From NCBI GenBank assembly GCA_963719505.1, contig CAVRCF010000005.1, forward strand, positions 1 to 64,000: a stretch of 64,000 bases of DNA, given 5' to 3'. Numbering within the stretch: position 1 is the first letter of the stretch; each line of letters opens with the position of its first letter. This DNA is from Halobacteriovoraceae bacterium (GTDB lineage Bacteria > Bdellovibrionota > Bacteriovoracia > Bacteriovoracales > Bacteriovoracaceae). Made by a program: the position numbers and the translations under genes. Under the pieces are notes generated by a model. That model saw nothing but the letters and a program-made list of their open reading frames with translations. It had not been told where the DNA came from and did no database searches. Positions 29,886-40,329 of this stretch are shown piece after piece.

Positions 29886-31963
29886 ATGGGTGCGAATATA
29901 GATATTCACAGTTTTATAGAAGAGAATTATTCTAAAGAAGACTTTTCACATCTTAACTGGACGGGATCTTTTCAAGACTACATTGAACTTGGTGACTAAA
30001 AATCCTCTATGTCGCTGAGAAACTCATTTCAAAGAGTTCACGATATGATTATGTCTTATGGAACCTCAACTTATACAGAATATAAAAAAGAAATTACTCG
30101 TTATCATTTCTTTGATGATCCTCTTGAAAATGGAAAAGATGCCATCTTTGGAATCGATGTTCACCTGATGAAGTTTGTTAACTTTTTTAAGTCAGCAGCT
30201 CAAGGTTACGGAACAGAAAAGAGAGTTCTTCTTCTTCATGGGCCAGTTGGCTCGGCAAAGTCTTCTATTTCAAGACTTCTTAAAAAAGGATTAGAGCATT
30301 ATTCAAAAACTGATGAGGGTGCGATCTATACTTATGAGTGGTTTGATGCTGAAGAAAGCGAAATCCTAGGTGGATGCCAAAACTATTTCCTAGTCCAATG
30401 CATGAAGAGCCACTAAAACTTATTCCTCTTGAGGTTCAAGTCAAAAATTTTTGGACAAAACTTAAATTCTGAAAACGATTCTACATTATAAAATTAAAGA
30501 TTAAAGGTGATGTGAATCCGGCTTGTCGTTATATTCTTGAAAGAATATATGAAAAAGATATGATGGTGACTGGAATAAAGTTATGAAGCATATTCGAGTA
30601 AAAAGACTTCTTCTTTCTGAAAAAGATAGAATTGGTATTGGTACTTTTCAACCAAAAGATGAGAAAAACCAAGATTCAACTGAATTAACAGGTGATATTA
30701 ACTACAGAAAGATTGCTCTGTATGGATCTGATTCAGATCCAAGAGCTTTTAACTTTGATGGAGAATTTAATATTGCCAACAGAGGGATCGTTGAATTTAT
30801 CGAGATGCTAAAGCTTGATGTTGCCTTTCTTTACGACCTTCTTGGCGCTTCTCAAGAGCAGTCTATTAAACCTAAAAAATTTTGCTCAAACAGATATTGA
30901 TGAAGTTATTTTAGGTCACACCAATGAGCCCGAGTTTAGAAAGCTTCAATCAAATGAATTTATGGAAGCACTAAGAGATAGAACGGTAAAAATTGATGTT
31001 CCTTATATCACAAGGCTTGATCAAGAAGTTAAAATCTATCAAAAAGATTTTAACTCTGAAACGATCCCTCATATGCATATTGCTCCTCACACTCTTGATG
31101 ATGGCAAGTATGTGGGCGATTTTAACAAGACTAGAAGAGCCAAAAAAAGCTGATTTAACGAAGCTTCAAAAGCTTAAACTCTATAATGGTAAAACTCTTC
31201 CAGGTTATAATGAAGACAATGTTAAAGAGCTTAAGAAAAGAAGCAGTAAGAGAAGGACTCGATGGTATTTCTCCTCGTTATATTCAAGATAAAATTTCAA
31301 ACTCTCTCGTTAAAAATTCTCATGCTGGTTGTTTAAATCCTTTTATGATTTTCAACGAGCTAGAATCTGGACTTAAGCATCATGGACTTATTAGTTCTCC
31401 AGATCAGTTGGATCATTTTAGAGAAATGCTCGCCATTGCTCGTCAAGAGTATGAAGACATCGTTAAAAATGATGTTCAAAAAGCGATCAGCGTTGATGAA
31501 ACGGCTATTCAAACTCTTTGTGCAAACTATATTGATAACGTGAAGGCTTACACTCAAAAAGAAAAAATTAGAAATAAATATTCTGGTAAACTTGAAGATG
31601 CAGATGAGCGATTTATAAGATCAATTGAAGAAAAAATTGATATCCCTGAGTCGAGAAAAGATGATTTTAGACGAGAGATTATGAACTATATTGGTGCTCT
31701 TGCTATCGAAGGGAAGCAGTTTGATTATAAAATGAATGAAAGACTTCACAGAGCTCTTGAGCTGAAACTTTTTGAAGATCAAAAAGATAGCATAAAGCTT
31801 ACGACGATTATTTCCAACGTTGTTGATAAAGCGACTCAAGAGAAAATTGATGTTGTAAAAACAAGACTAATTAAAGAACTTTGGTTACTGTGATATTTGT
31901 TCAACAGATGCCTTAAATTTTGTTGCAAGTATTTTTGCTAAAGGCGACTCTATAAAGTCGTAG
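29886..31963 (+). CDS. prkA: PrkA/YeaG-family AAA+ serine protein kinase, broken by about 17 single-base insertions (probably artefact)
   Basis: [45 protein letters not shown] spread over fragments; manual repair gives about 686 aa. Confidence 0.9.
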
Positions 31964-32002
31964 TGTTGTTGATAATCTTTTTAATTTAGATAAGGAAAGC
32001 TT

Positions 32003-33120
32003 GTGGATCATCCAATAAAGAGAGACCATTCAAGATTTAGAAAAATCAGTTAAAGGAAAGATTAGAGATAATCTAAAAAAATATATTTCTCAAGGTCAGC
32101 AAATTATACCCAAAGGCAATGATAAGTTCACAGTTCCAATGCCTCAGATTGATATTCCAAGATTTCAATTTGGTGATAAAAGTCCAAGGCGGATCGGGTC
32201 AAGGCCAAGGTGGAGAAGGTGATCCTGTCGATGGAAAACCTGGTGAAGGTGAGCCTGGTGAAGGTGAAGCTGGAGAGGGTGAAGGGAATAAAGAGCTCGA
32301 AGTTGAGATGGATATTGAAGAACTAGCGAAGATCCTTGGAGATGAGCTTGAACTTCCCAATATTGAGCCTAAGGGAAAAAGGAAATAGCCTCAACTGTTG
32401 ATCGCTATACCTCAGTTGGGACAGTGGGCCCTGATTCATTAAGACACTTAAAAAGAACTTATAAACAAGCTCTCAAAAGACAGATGTCTATGGGGACTTA
32501 TGATCCTATGAACCCAAGAGTTGTTCCTATTCGTGCAGACTATCGTTATAGAGCCGCAAACACCACAACTGAGCTTCAAAACTCAGCGGTCGTGATTTAT
32601 ATGATGGATGTTTCTGGTTCAATGGGTGAGGAGCAAAAAGAGATTGTAAGAACGGAATCTTTTTGGATAAATCTTTGGCTTAAAAGTCAGTATAAAGATA
32701 TTGAGATGCGATATATTATTCACGATGCCACGGCTAAAGAAGTGGATGAAGATGTCTTTTTTAGAACGAGAGAAAGTGGTGGGACTTTGATTTCTTCCGC
32801 TTTTAAACTCTGTAAGCATATTATTGAAACTGATTATGATCCTAATGAGTGGAATATCTATCCCTTTCATTTTAGCGATGGAGATAACTGGTCAGCAGAT
32901 GACACAAAAGTCTGCATGGAGTCTGTTAGATGATTTCCTCTTACCGAATTCTAATATGTTTTGTTATGGGCAGGTTGAAAGTCGCTATGGTTCAGGGCAA
33001 TTCTATAAAGATCTCGCAACTAAATACGGAACTGATTCTGAAGATGTTATTCTGAGTAAAATTAAAGATAAGGAAGCCATTTTGGATTCAATTAAAGATT
33101 TTCTTGGAAAGGGTAAATAA
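32003..33120 (+). CDS. yeaH: YeaH/YhbH (DUF444) VWA-like protein, 4 frameshifts (probably artefact)
   Basis: Gly-rich linker, [31 protein letters not shown]; manual repair gives 371 aa. Confidence 0.9.
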
Positions 33121-34626
33121 TGTTAAGAACAAAAATGATAACGGGAAAATTACTTGATCTTCAAAGAGAGATTCAAGGTTATGCTGATGATTTTGGTCTC
33201 GATTATTTCCCGCAAGTTTTTGAAGTGTGTGACTACGATACGATTAATATTTTAGCCGCTCAAGGTGGCTTTCCTATTCGTTATCCTCATTGGAAATTTG
33301 GGATGGATTACGACCAGCTCTCAAACGGTTACCGTTTTGGTATTCAGAAAATTTATGAAATGGTTATCAATACTAGTCCTTGTTACGCCTATCTTTTAGA
33401 GGTAAACAATTGGCTAGATCAAAAACTAGTGATGGCCCATGTTTACGGACATAATGATTTCTTTAAAAATAATATGTGGTTACAGCCATACCAATAAAAA
33501 CATGATGGATGTCATGGCCAATAACGGAACAAAAATACGCCGTTATATGGAAAAGTATGGGCAGGATCGAGTCGAGCAGTTTCATCGACAAAGTCCTCTC
33601 GTTGGAAAATCTTTTAGATGTGAATCATCTTTTTGAAACGAATGAAGTGGTTCAAAGTCGAAAGGAAAAACTAAAGCAAGCTTCTATTGAAGCTGAAAAC
33701 GATGGTTATATGATGGATGATCGAAGCCAAGCTTTAAAGTCTTTTATGAACTCAAACAAAAGACAAGTAGCTAAAGAAGAGCCGGAAGAAGAAGTTAGTG
33801 ACTTTAGTGCAGAAAATAATACTGATAAAGGCAAAAGAGATATCTTAAAATTTCTCATTGAAAATGCACCATTAGAAGAATGGGAAGCTGATATTATAGG
33901 GTGTCTTAGAGAAGAGGCTTACTACTTTCTTCCACAAAGAATGACAAAAATAATGAATGAAGGGTGGGCAAGTTATTGGCACTCTACAATCTTGACTCAA
34001 AAAGCTCTATGATCCCAACGAGTTTATTGATTTCGCTGACATCCATGCTGGTGTTATGGTGATGAGTAAACAAAATATTAATCCCTATAAAATAGGTATT
34101 GAGCTCATGCGTGATATTGAGTACCGCTGGAATACCGGAAAGTTTGGTAAAGACTATAACGAGTGTCCCTCAATGCACGATAAGGAAAATTGGAATACCA
34201 AATCTTGGACTTGGAAGAGAGAAGATCTTTGAAGTGAGGAAGTCCCATAACGATATTACCTTTTTGGAAGAATTTTTAACTCCAGAGTTCTGTAATCGCC
34301 AGCAATTATTTACTTATAAGTATAATCCGAGATCTGGAAGAATGGAGATCGATTCAAGAGATTTTGAAGCTATAAAGCAAAAGCTTTTAACACAGCTTAC
34401 AAATTTTGGATCACCTATAATTCAAGTGGAAGATTCAAATTTTAAAAATAGAAAAGAGCTCCTATTAAAACACGTTCACGGGGGAGTCGATCTAGATATG
34501 CAGTTTGCTGATGCCACGATGAGAAATCTTTATGCCTTATGGAAAAGGCCGGTTAACCTTGCAACTATCGTTGAAGACAAAGAGACCGTTTTTAATTTTA
34601 ATGGAAACGAACTCAAAGCTCTCTAG
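33120..34626 (+). CDS. spoVR: SpoVR/YcgB-family protein, 4 frameshifts (probably artefact)
   Basis: [47 protein letters not shown]; manual repair gives 500 aa. Confidence 0.92.
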
Positions 34627-35522
34627 TATTTAAGACCCTGAGAGCTTTGTTTAAGATAGTCTTTGAAAAGCCCTTGAAGATTTTTCGTAACCTTGAATTT
34701 ATCTACTTCAAATTTTTTATTATCAATTTGGCCAACAGGCATAACTTCTCTCGTAGAAGATGTTATAAAAGCCTCATCCGCTTGCTCAATATCTTTTAAG
34801 GTTAAAGCTTTGATCTTTAACTCCAGTTTATTGACCTTACAAATTTCAATGAGCTTCTCCCTGGTTATTCCTTTGAGAAGACCAGCTTCTGCCCCAGGAG
34901 TGTAGATGACATCATTTTTAACAAGCCAGAAATTGAAACTAGATCCTTCCGTTATTTTATTTTCCCCATTGAGCATAATGGCATCATTAAAGCCAAAAGA
35001 TTTTGCCTCACTTATGGCCATGACGTTATTGAGATAGTTACCTGACTTCGCTTCAGGATTAGTGGAGCGAGAATCATTTCTTAAGACGCTTACGACTTTA
35101 AGTTTTATTCCCTGTTGATAGTATAGTGGAGGGTGCACAGGCTTTGGTTTTACGATAATAATGAGGTTATTGCTCTTACTTTCAGTTGGATCAAGGGAGA
35201 GCTCACTTTCACCCCTGGTCAGAATAATCCTAATATAAGCTTCTGGAATATTTGCTTCCTTTAAAGTTTTAAGGCACTGGTCAATCAGTTGATCTTTTGA
35301 GTAGGTAATATTCATTTTTAAAAGAGCAGCAGACACAAAAAGCCGTTCAAGATGATCATTGAAAAAATAAAGAGTACTATCCCTGGAATAGGCGACTTCA
35401 TAAATTGAGTCACCATAAAGAAAGCCTCGATCAAAAACAGATATTTTGGCATCTTTTTTGGCAACAATGGATCCATTGATATTGATAAAGGTATCTATAA
35501 AAGGTGGTTTACTGTTGTTCAT
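34623..35522 (-). CDS. Class IV aminotransferase (IlvE/Dat/PabC family)
   Basis: DRGFLYGD, HLERL, KSGNY, EGSSFN, LKGITR. Confidence 0.92.
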   Translation of the reverse strand: MNNSKPPFIDTFININGSIVAKKDAKISVFDRGFLYGDSIYEVAYSRDSTLYFFNDHLERLFVSAALLKMNITYSKDQLIDQCLKTLKEANIPEAYIRIILTRGESELSLDPTESKSNNLIIIVKPKPVHPPLYYQQGIKLKVVSVLRNDSRSTNPEAKSGNYLNNVMAISEAKSFGFNDAIMLNGENKITEGSSFNFWLVKNDVIYTPGAEAGLLKGITREKLIEICKVNKLELKIKALTLKDIEQADEAFITSSTREVMPVGQIDNKKFEVDKFKVTKNLQGLFKDYLKQSSQGLKY

Positions 35523-36915
35523 TTTGCAGTTTTATAAGCTCGTTATCTAGCTCTTCTATATCTTTTTGATTAATATACACTTCTTCATCAATCTTTTGAT
35601 CAACAACAGATGCTATTAGTCTATTTGTAAGGTTGTTTTCTTCACTTATGACTTTATCTTCACGGTTTGTGGTTAGGGTAAAGTTCTCCCAAATCTCTAA
35701 ATGAAATTGCATCCAACAGTTAAAGCCGTCTTGATTTTTACAGCTAAGGTCTGCGTAGGTTTGAGCTTTGTCGAGGTCGTTAAGCATCATGGCGTTAAAA
35801 GAATAGAGCTTATTAACCTCCGGGCTTTGAGAATTTCTACTTCCAACAACGATTCTCTCAAGATCGTTTGCCGACTCTTTATGAGAGCCATTACTTGCTT
35901 TAAAAGCCGCAAGAACCGTCAGCTTTTTGTATTTATCTTCTGTTTTGTTTTCAAGTTTGGAGATATAGTCTATTCCGTCTTGCCACTGCTTTAATGTCCA
36001 AGCTAATGGAATCATTCTTTCAATACTATTTTGGGAATTAATCTTTTTTTGAAGAGCAAGTTTAAACTGTGCATAGGCCAGTTCGTACTTTTCTTGAGAG
36101 AGATAAATATTTCCCTTTATATTTTGAGAGTTGGGAGAGGTTAAATCTTCAATAAATTGATAGGCCTTAACGATTTTTCCCTCTCGATAATAAAGCATAC
36201 CGACTAACTCTCTAATCTCAGGATCTGTGTAGACTTCAGGATTGAGAAACTTTAACCTCTCAAGTATCTTTTGTTGTTGTCCTAGATATAAAGAGAGCTT
36301 TAAAAAAAGTTTTAAATATCGTCCTGTTTCATTTTCAATATTTATGGATTTAAAAGGAATCGTTGTGGCCTTCGCATCCTTAGTAAGCTTTAGATTAACA
36401 AGAGTAGACATCCACACATGTTCGGTATCTGATTGAGTAAGAGTTGCATCGACACATCTGTTCCAATCCTTTGCTGCATCTTCAGCTTTATCTAAGATCA
36501 AGTAGTTCATCGTTCTCAGTAAACATAGATTCTTAGTGTAGGATAAGTTCAACATCTCTTTTTTTGTCAGATATTCAAGTGACTTGTCGTACTCACCTTG
36601 AATAAAGTAGATCATCGATAGGTATCTATACTTTATCACTTGGGCGTACTTGTCTTTGGAGTTATCTGAGATGAGCATTAGTTTTGCTTTTTCAAGATTT
36701 CCGTTAATCATATAAAATTTTATTGTCCCTAAACTTTGGTTTATTCTTTTACCATTATTAAGCTTTCTATAAAATTCAAGTCCGTTTACATCCGCCTCAA
36801 ACATCGGATAGGTGAATGTCCCTCGTTTTTCAATGAAGTAGTCGTTCTGATTTATATCCCCGGCTGAAGCGGAAAATATAACGAAATGGAGAAGGCTAAA
36901 TAAAAATAATCTCAT
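35509..36915 (-). CDS. Secreted TPR-like protein
   Basis: Signal peptide (ASA), TPR-like helices such as KGNIYLSQEKYELAYAQFKLALQ. Confidence 0.7.
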   Translation of the reverse strand: MRLFLFSLLHFVIFSASAGDINQNDYFIEKRGTFTYPMFEADVNGLEFYRKLNNGKRINQSLGTIKFYMINGNLEKAKLMLISDNSKDKYAQVIKYRYLSMIYFIQGEYDKSLEYLTKKEMLNLSYTKNLCLLRTMNYLILDKAEDAAKDWNRCVDATLTQSDTEHVWMSTLVNLKLTKDAKATTIPFKSINIENETGRYLKLFLKLSLYLGQQQKILERLKFLNPEVYTDPEIRELVGMLYYREGKIVKAYQFIEDLTSPNSQNIKGNIYLSQEKYELAYAQFKLALQKKINSQNSIERMIPLAWTLKQWQDGIDYISKLENKTEDKYKKLTVLAAFKASNGSHKESANDLERIVVGSRNSQSPEVNKLYSFNAMMLNDLDKAQTYADLSCKNQDGFNCWMQFHLEIWENFTLTTNREDKVISEENNLTNRLIASVVDQKIDEEVYINQKDIEELDNELIKLQNEQQ

Positions 36916-36918
36916 TAC

Positions 36919-36950
36919 TTAACCTATCGTCTTTTATTCCGATAAGTTTA
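36919..36950. promoter_or_regulatory. Overlapping divergent sigma-28-like promoters
   Basis: Minus: TAAA-N15-GACGATAG (36950-36924); plus: TTAA-N15-TCCGATAA (36919-36945). Confidence 0.5.
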
Positions 36951-36969
36951 CATATAAACAAGGATTTAG

Positions 36970-38634
36970 ATGACTTTTTTAGTTGGGTTTTTAACATTAT
37001 TGACCAGTTTATCAAGCTTCGCACTTGTGCCACTTGAGGGTCTTCTCTATGGAGATGTCGCAGAAATTCGCCAAAACGATCCTCTAGAAGGTGTCTTCTC
37101 CAGTAATGCGATCGCTCAACCAAAGCTTCTCAATGAACAAAGAATAAAGAGTTTTAAAGAGTACTTAGGTCTCTATCAGCAGGGGAAAAATTTAAAAAAA
37201 TCATGTCAATTTTCAAATACATTTCAATACGCAACCCCTTGGAAAGAAAAGACCGCTAAAAGAGTCGTTGCTTCTACATTGCAGTATATTGGTATCGATC
37301 AAACGATGAAGGCCATTGTGGAATACGTAAAGCTTCTGGAGTATTCAGATGATCAATTTAACAAACTCTCTACCAATCTTCTCAATAATACATGTTCGAA
37401 GAACTTGACTCTCTATTCATTAAAACTTCTAAGAGATAATTTTAAAAGCTTATATGACAATCACACCAAGGGACAATTCGAGCTTCCAAGCCTTGTTGAT
37501 TCTCCTTTTTATTCTGAGGATGTAAAACTCATCTCCAATTCCATTAGAGCTAAAAAAAATGAATTGGAACTCAGTGTAAGGGCTTTTAGAGCATTTTGTT
37601 CTTGGGATGGAGATACTGATAATTATCGTTTGTTGACACCTTACTTACAAAACCCTTTTGTGATGATTATTGTTTATAATAATCTTCTCGATCGAAAAAT
37701 TAGCTACAATAGTGAGAGAACTTTATTGGAATATGCTAAAGCTCAGAAATCTGTTCAGGTATCTTGTGATAATTTAATTTGCAGAAGATCAAATAGTGCA
37801 ACATTTAAACAAAAGTTTCCAAGAATCGTGGGAACGACTGAGTTGATGACAGACCTTACAGTACTGTACTGCGGTCATTTTTCAAAGCTTGATTATGATA
37901 CAAAAAACCAAGGAAAGGTCATATCCTCGTGGATAAAAGAGACCACAATAGATTCACCCCATCTGGAGTCGATGAATTTTCTAAGCCTTCTTACCAAAAG
38001 GTCTGACATCTTGATTGGGTTAGATAGTTATAAAGATGTTAATAAAGTTTTGAAATCCTCTATTGATAGTCGTTGGAATAAATGGGCGAGTGAGAAAACA
38101 TCAAATTTAGTTACCGATTTACTATTTGAAGAGTCGCTCAACGTTGACTTAAAAACACTGGTCAATACTCCGTCAAATTATAAAGGTGACCTAAAGCTTA
38201 TCTTTGATTTTACCTTAGGAGAGATGGATAGAGTCCTAGAGGATGATGATAAAGTGACATCTAAGTTTCATCTCGATATTCCAGAAAACTATCTGCGTTG
38301 GATGAGAAAAGAATATATAGCAAAGAATAACCTTTCAGATTATGAAGGTCTAAAAGAACTTGAGAAAAAAGTTGAAACTTATATTGAGTCCTTACTCGAT
38401 AAAAAGAAAAAGTTTTTCCTCATCCCTCTTTGGAATGATCGCATGGCTTCAATTATGGCCAGAGAACTTCAGACTCAGCTTGTTGAGTATAAAGGCTCTA
38501 AATTTAGAAATTTAACCAATAAAGCGGTCTCAATTCCTGTCGAATTTCGTTATGGTCTATTTGCATTAAAATACCTCAATGAAAAATTTAAAGCTAAATA
38601 TCGCTCAGTTGGTTCCGTTTCGACCCAACCCTAG
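36970..38634 (+). CDS. Hypothetical secreted protein
   Basis: 554-aa ORF, signal peptide (SFA), several Cys. Confidence 0.75.
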   Translation: MTFLVGFLTLLTSLSSFALVPLEGLLYGDVAEIRQNDPLEGVFSSNAIAQPKLLNEQRIKSFKEYLGLYQQGKNLKKSCQFSNTFQYATPWKEKTAKRVVASTLQYIGIDQTMKAIVEYVKLLEYSDDQFNKLSTNLLNNTCSKNLTLYSLKLLRDNFKSLYDNHTKGQFELPSLVDSPFYSEDVKLISNSIRAKKNELELSVRAFRAFCSWDGDTDNYRLLTPYLQNPFVMIIVYNNLLDRKISYNSERTLLEYAKAQKSVQVSCDNLICRRSNSATFKQKFPRIVGTTELMTDLTVLYCGHFSKLDYDTKNQGKVISSWIKETTIDSPHLESMNFLSLLTKRSDILIGLDSYKDVNKVLKSSIDSRWNKWASEKTSNLVTDLLFEESLNVDLKTLVNTPSNYKGDLKLIFDFTLGEMDRVLEDDDKVTSKFHLDIPENYLRWMRKEYIAKNNLSDYEGLKELEKKVETYIESLLDKKKKFFLIPLWNDRMASIMARELQTQLVEYKGSKFRNLTNKAVSIPVEFRYGLFALKYLNEKFKAKYRSVGSVSTQP

Positions 38635-38698
38635 AGATTTTCTGTACTTTTTACCCCAGCTCCCTTGACATTTTTGGCTAAGACACCAATATAGGCTC

Positions 38699-39724
38699 AT
38701 GACAAAAAAATCCAAAACTCCCACAGTAGAAGTGCTTTCAAAAGAAGAAGAGCTGACCGGAGAAGAAAATATAGATAACCAAGATATTATTGAAGCTTTT
38801 AGGTCTGGCTCAACACAGGATCAACTCGAAATTATTGAAAACCTTCTGCCAACCACATCCGTGGGACGAGACTTAGTTCGAAAAGATAATGAAGCCTATA
38901 CCGACACCCTAAAACAATACATTAAAGACATTTCTCGCCACAAACTCCTTAGTCCAAAAGAAGAAGCTGACCTTATAGGCCAGCTTATGGAGACTGGAGA
39001 TATAGAGGCCGCAAAGAAACTCGTCTTGGCGAACCTGCGCTTAGTAGTAAAAATTTCTTTGGAATACAAAAGCGCTTACCAAAATGTAATGGATCTTATT
39101 CAGGAAGGGAATATCGGTTTGATGAAAGCTGTCTCTAAGTACAACCCAGATAAAGGAGCCAAGCTTTCTTATTATGCAAGTTGGTGGATAAAATCATATA
39201 TTTTAAAGTTCATCCTCGATAATTTTAGACTCATCAAAATTGGAACAACCGCTGATCAGAAGAAACTTTTCTACAACCTTATGAAAGAGAAGGATAGATT
39301 AGCAGCGCAAGGAATTGAGCCCACTCCAAAACTCATTTCTGAAAACTTAGGCGTTAGCGAAAAAGCGGTGATTCAAATGGATCAAAGACTCGGCTCCTCT
39401 GGATCTGAAGTTAGCATGGACTACGGTGTAGGAGATGAGGGGCTTGGAAGTATTAGTGATTTCTTAGCGGCCAGTGATACCGATATTGATGACCAGTTGA
39501 GTCATATGGAGAGTCTAGATATTTTACAAGATAACCTCAAAGACTTTTTGGCCGATTTAAAGGTTCGAGATAGAGATATCTTTAAGAAACGTCTTTTGAG
39601 TGAAGTTCCTCCAAGTCTTCAATCAATTGCCGATGATTATGGCGTCTCTAGAGAGAGAATAAGGCAGATTGAAGAGCGACTCCTTAAGAAATTAAAGGTT
39701 TACATGTCTGACTTTTTAGAGTAA
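38699..39724 (+). CDS. rpoH: RpoH (sigma-32)-family sigma factor
   Basis: ANLRLVVK, DLIQEGNIGLMKAV, RpoH-box-like QKKLFYNL, VSRERIRQIE. Confidence 0.85.
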   Translation: MTKKSKTPTVEVLSKEEELTGEENIDNQDIIEAFRSGSTQDQLEIIENLLPTTSVGRDLVRKDNEAYTDTLKQYIKDISRHKLLSPKEEADLIGQLMETGDIEAAKKLVLANLRLVVKISLEYKSAYQNVMDLIQEGNIGLMKAVSKYNPDKGAKLSYYASWWIKSYILKFILDNFRLIKIGTTADQKKLFYNLMKEKDRLAAQGIEPTPKLISENLGVSEKAVIQMDQRLGSSGSEVSMDYGVGDEGLGSISDFLAASDTDIDDQLSHMESLDILQDNLKDFLADLKVRDRDIFKKRLLSEVPPSLQSIADDYGVSRERIRQIEERLLKKLKVYMSDFLE

Positions 39725-39796
39725 AAAAGGGCACTTAATTCATTCTAGGTTTTGAAAATAACTTTAATTCTTGGTTTGAATCGTATGGAGAATATT

Positions 39797-40063
39797 ATGA
39801 TTACAAAAGCTAAAACAGCTGAATTAACAGCACAATTTGGTGGTTCTGAGAAAAACACTGGTCTTCCAGAAGTTCAAATCGCTATCATGACTGAAAGAAT
39901 TAAAAACCTTACAGCTCACTTTGGAGATCACAAAGCTGATCACCACTCTAAAAGAGGACTTATGAAACTTATTGGTCGTCGTAGAAGACTTCTTAGATAT
40001 ATTCAAGGTAAAGATGAAGCTAAATACCAAGAAACAATTAAAGCTCTTGGATTAAGAAAGTAA
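39797..40063 (+). CDS. rpsO: 30S ribosomal protein S15
   Basis: TGLPEVQIA, HKADHHSKRGL, LGLRK; ATG 39797 with GGAG RBS. Confidence 0.98.
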   Translation: MITKAKTAELTAQFGGSEKNTGLPEVQIAIMTERIKNLTAHFGDHKADHHSKRGLMKLIGRRRRLLRYIQGKDEAKYQETIKALGLRK

Positions 40064-40088
40064 TTAAAACTAAAATTAATTGTTGAAG

Positions 40089-40113
40089 AAGGCTCCTAGT
40101 AGGAGCCTTTTTT
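40089..40113 (+). terminator. Intrinsic terminator after rpsO
   Basis: AAGGCTCC-TAGTA-GGAGCCTT followed by T run. Confidence 0.88.
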
Positions 40114-40220
40114 ATTGTCAAAATAATTTTAATGCTGGGCGCATAATTGAGATAAAAAGCAATTATTGGTTCCTAAAGCGTAATAAATTCAATATAATGA
40201 GCGCAATTATTATTTAATCA

Positions 40221-40310
40221 TCCCAGTGGGTGTCGCTGTTTATGGGGATATATAATGGACTAGTTATTAGTTGATTATATATCTTTATTAAACACTTCGA
40301 TCTTCTGGGA
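40221..40310 (+). promoter_or_regulatory. Long imperfect hairpin in the pnp leader (RNase III-type substrate)
   Basis: TCCCAG/CTGGGA, TGTTTA/TAAACA, GATATATAAT/ATTATATATC nested pairs. Confidence 0.7.
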
Positions 40311-40329
40311 ATATTCTAAGGAGAAAAAA

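Noticed and set aside
32180..32290. Repeated cctggtgaaggtga
   Set aside because: Normal Gly/Glu linker of YeaH-family proteins
29886..34626. Programmed frameshifting, stop-codon recoding or true pseudogenisation
   Set aside because: No common slippery motif, no in-frame stops after repair, and insertions match alternative codons, so an artefact fits better
39725..39796. S15 autoregulatory leader
   Set aside because: No convincing structure seen by eye; needs a covariance-model search
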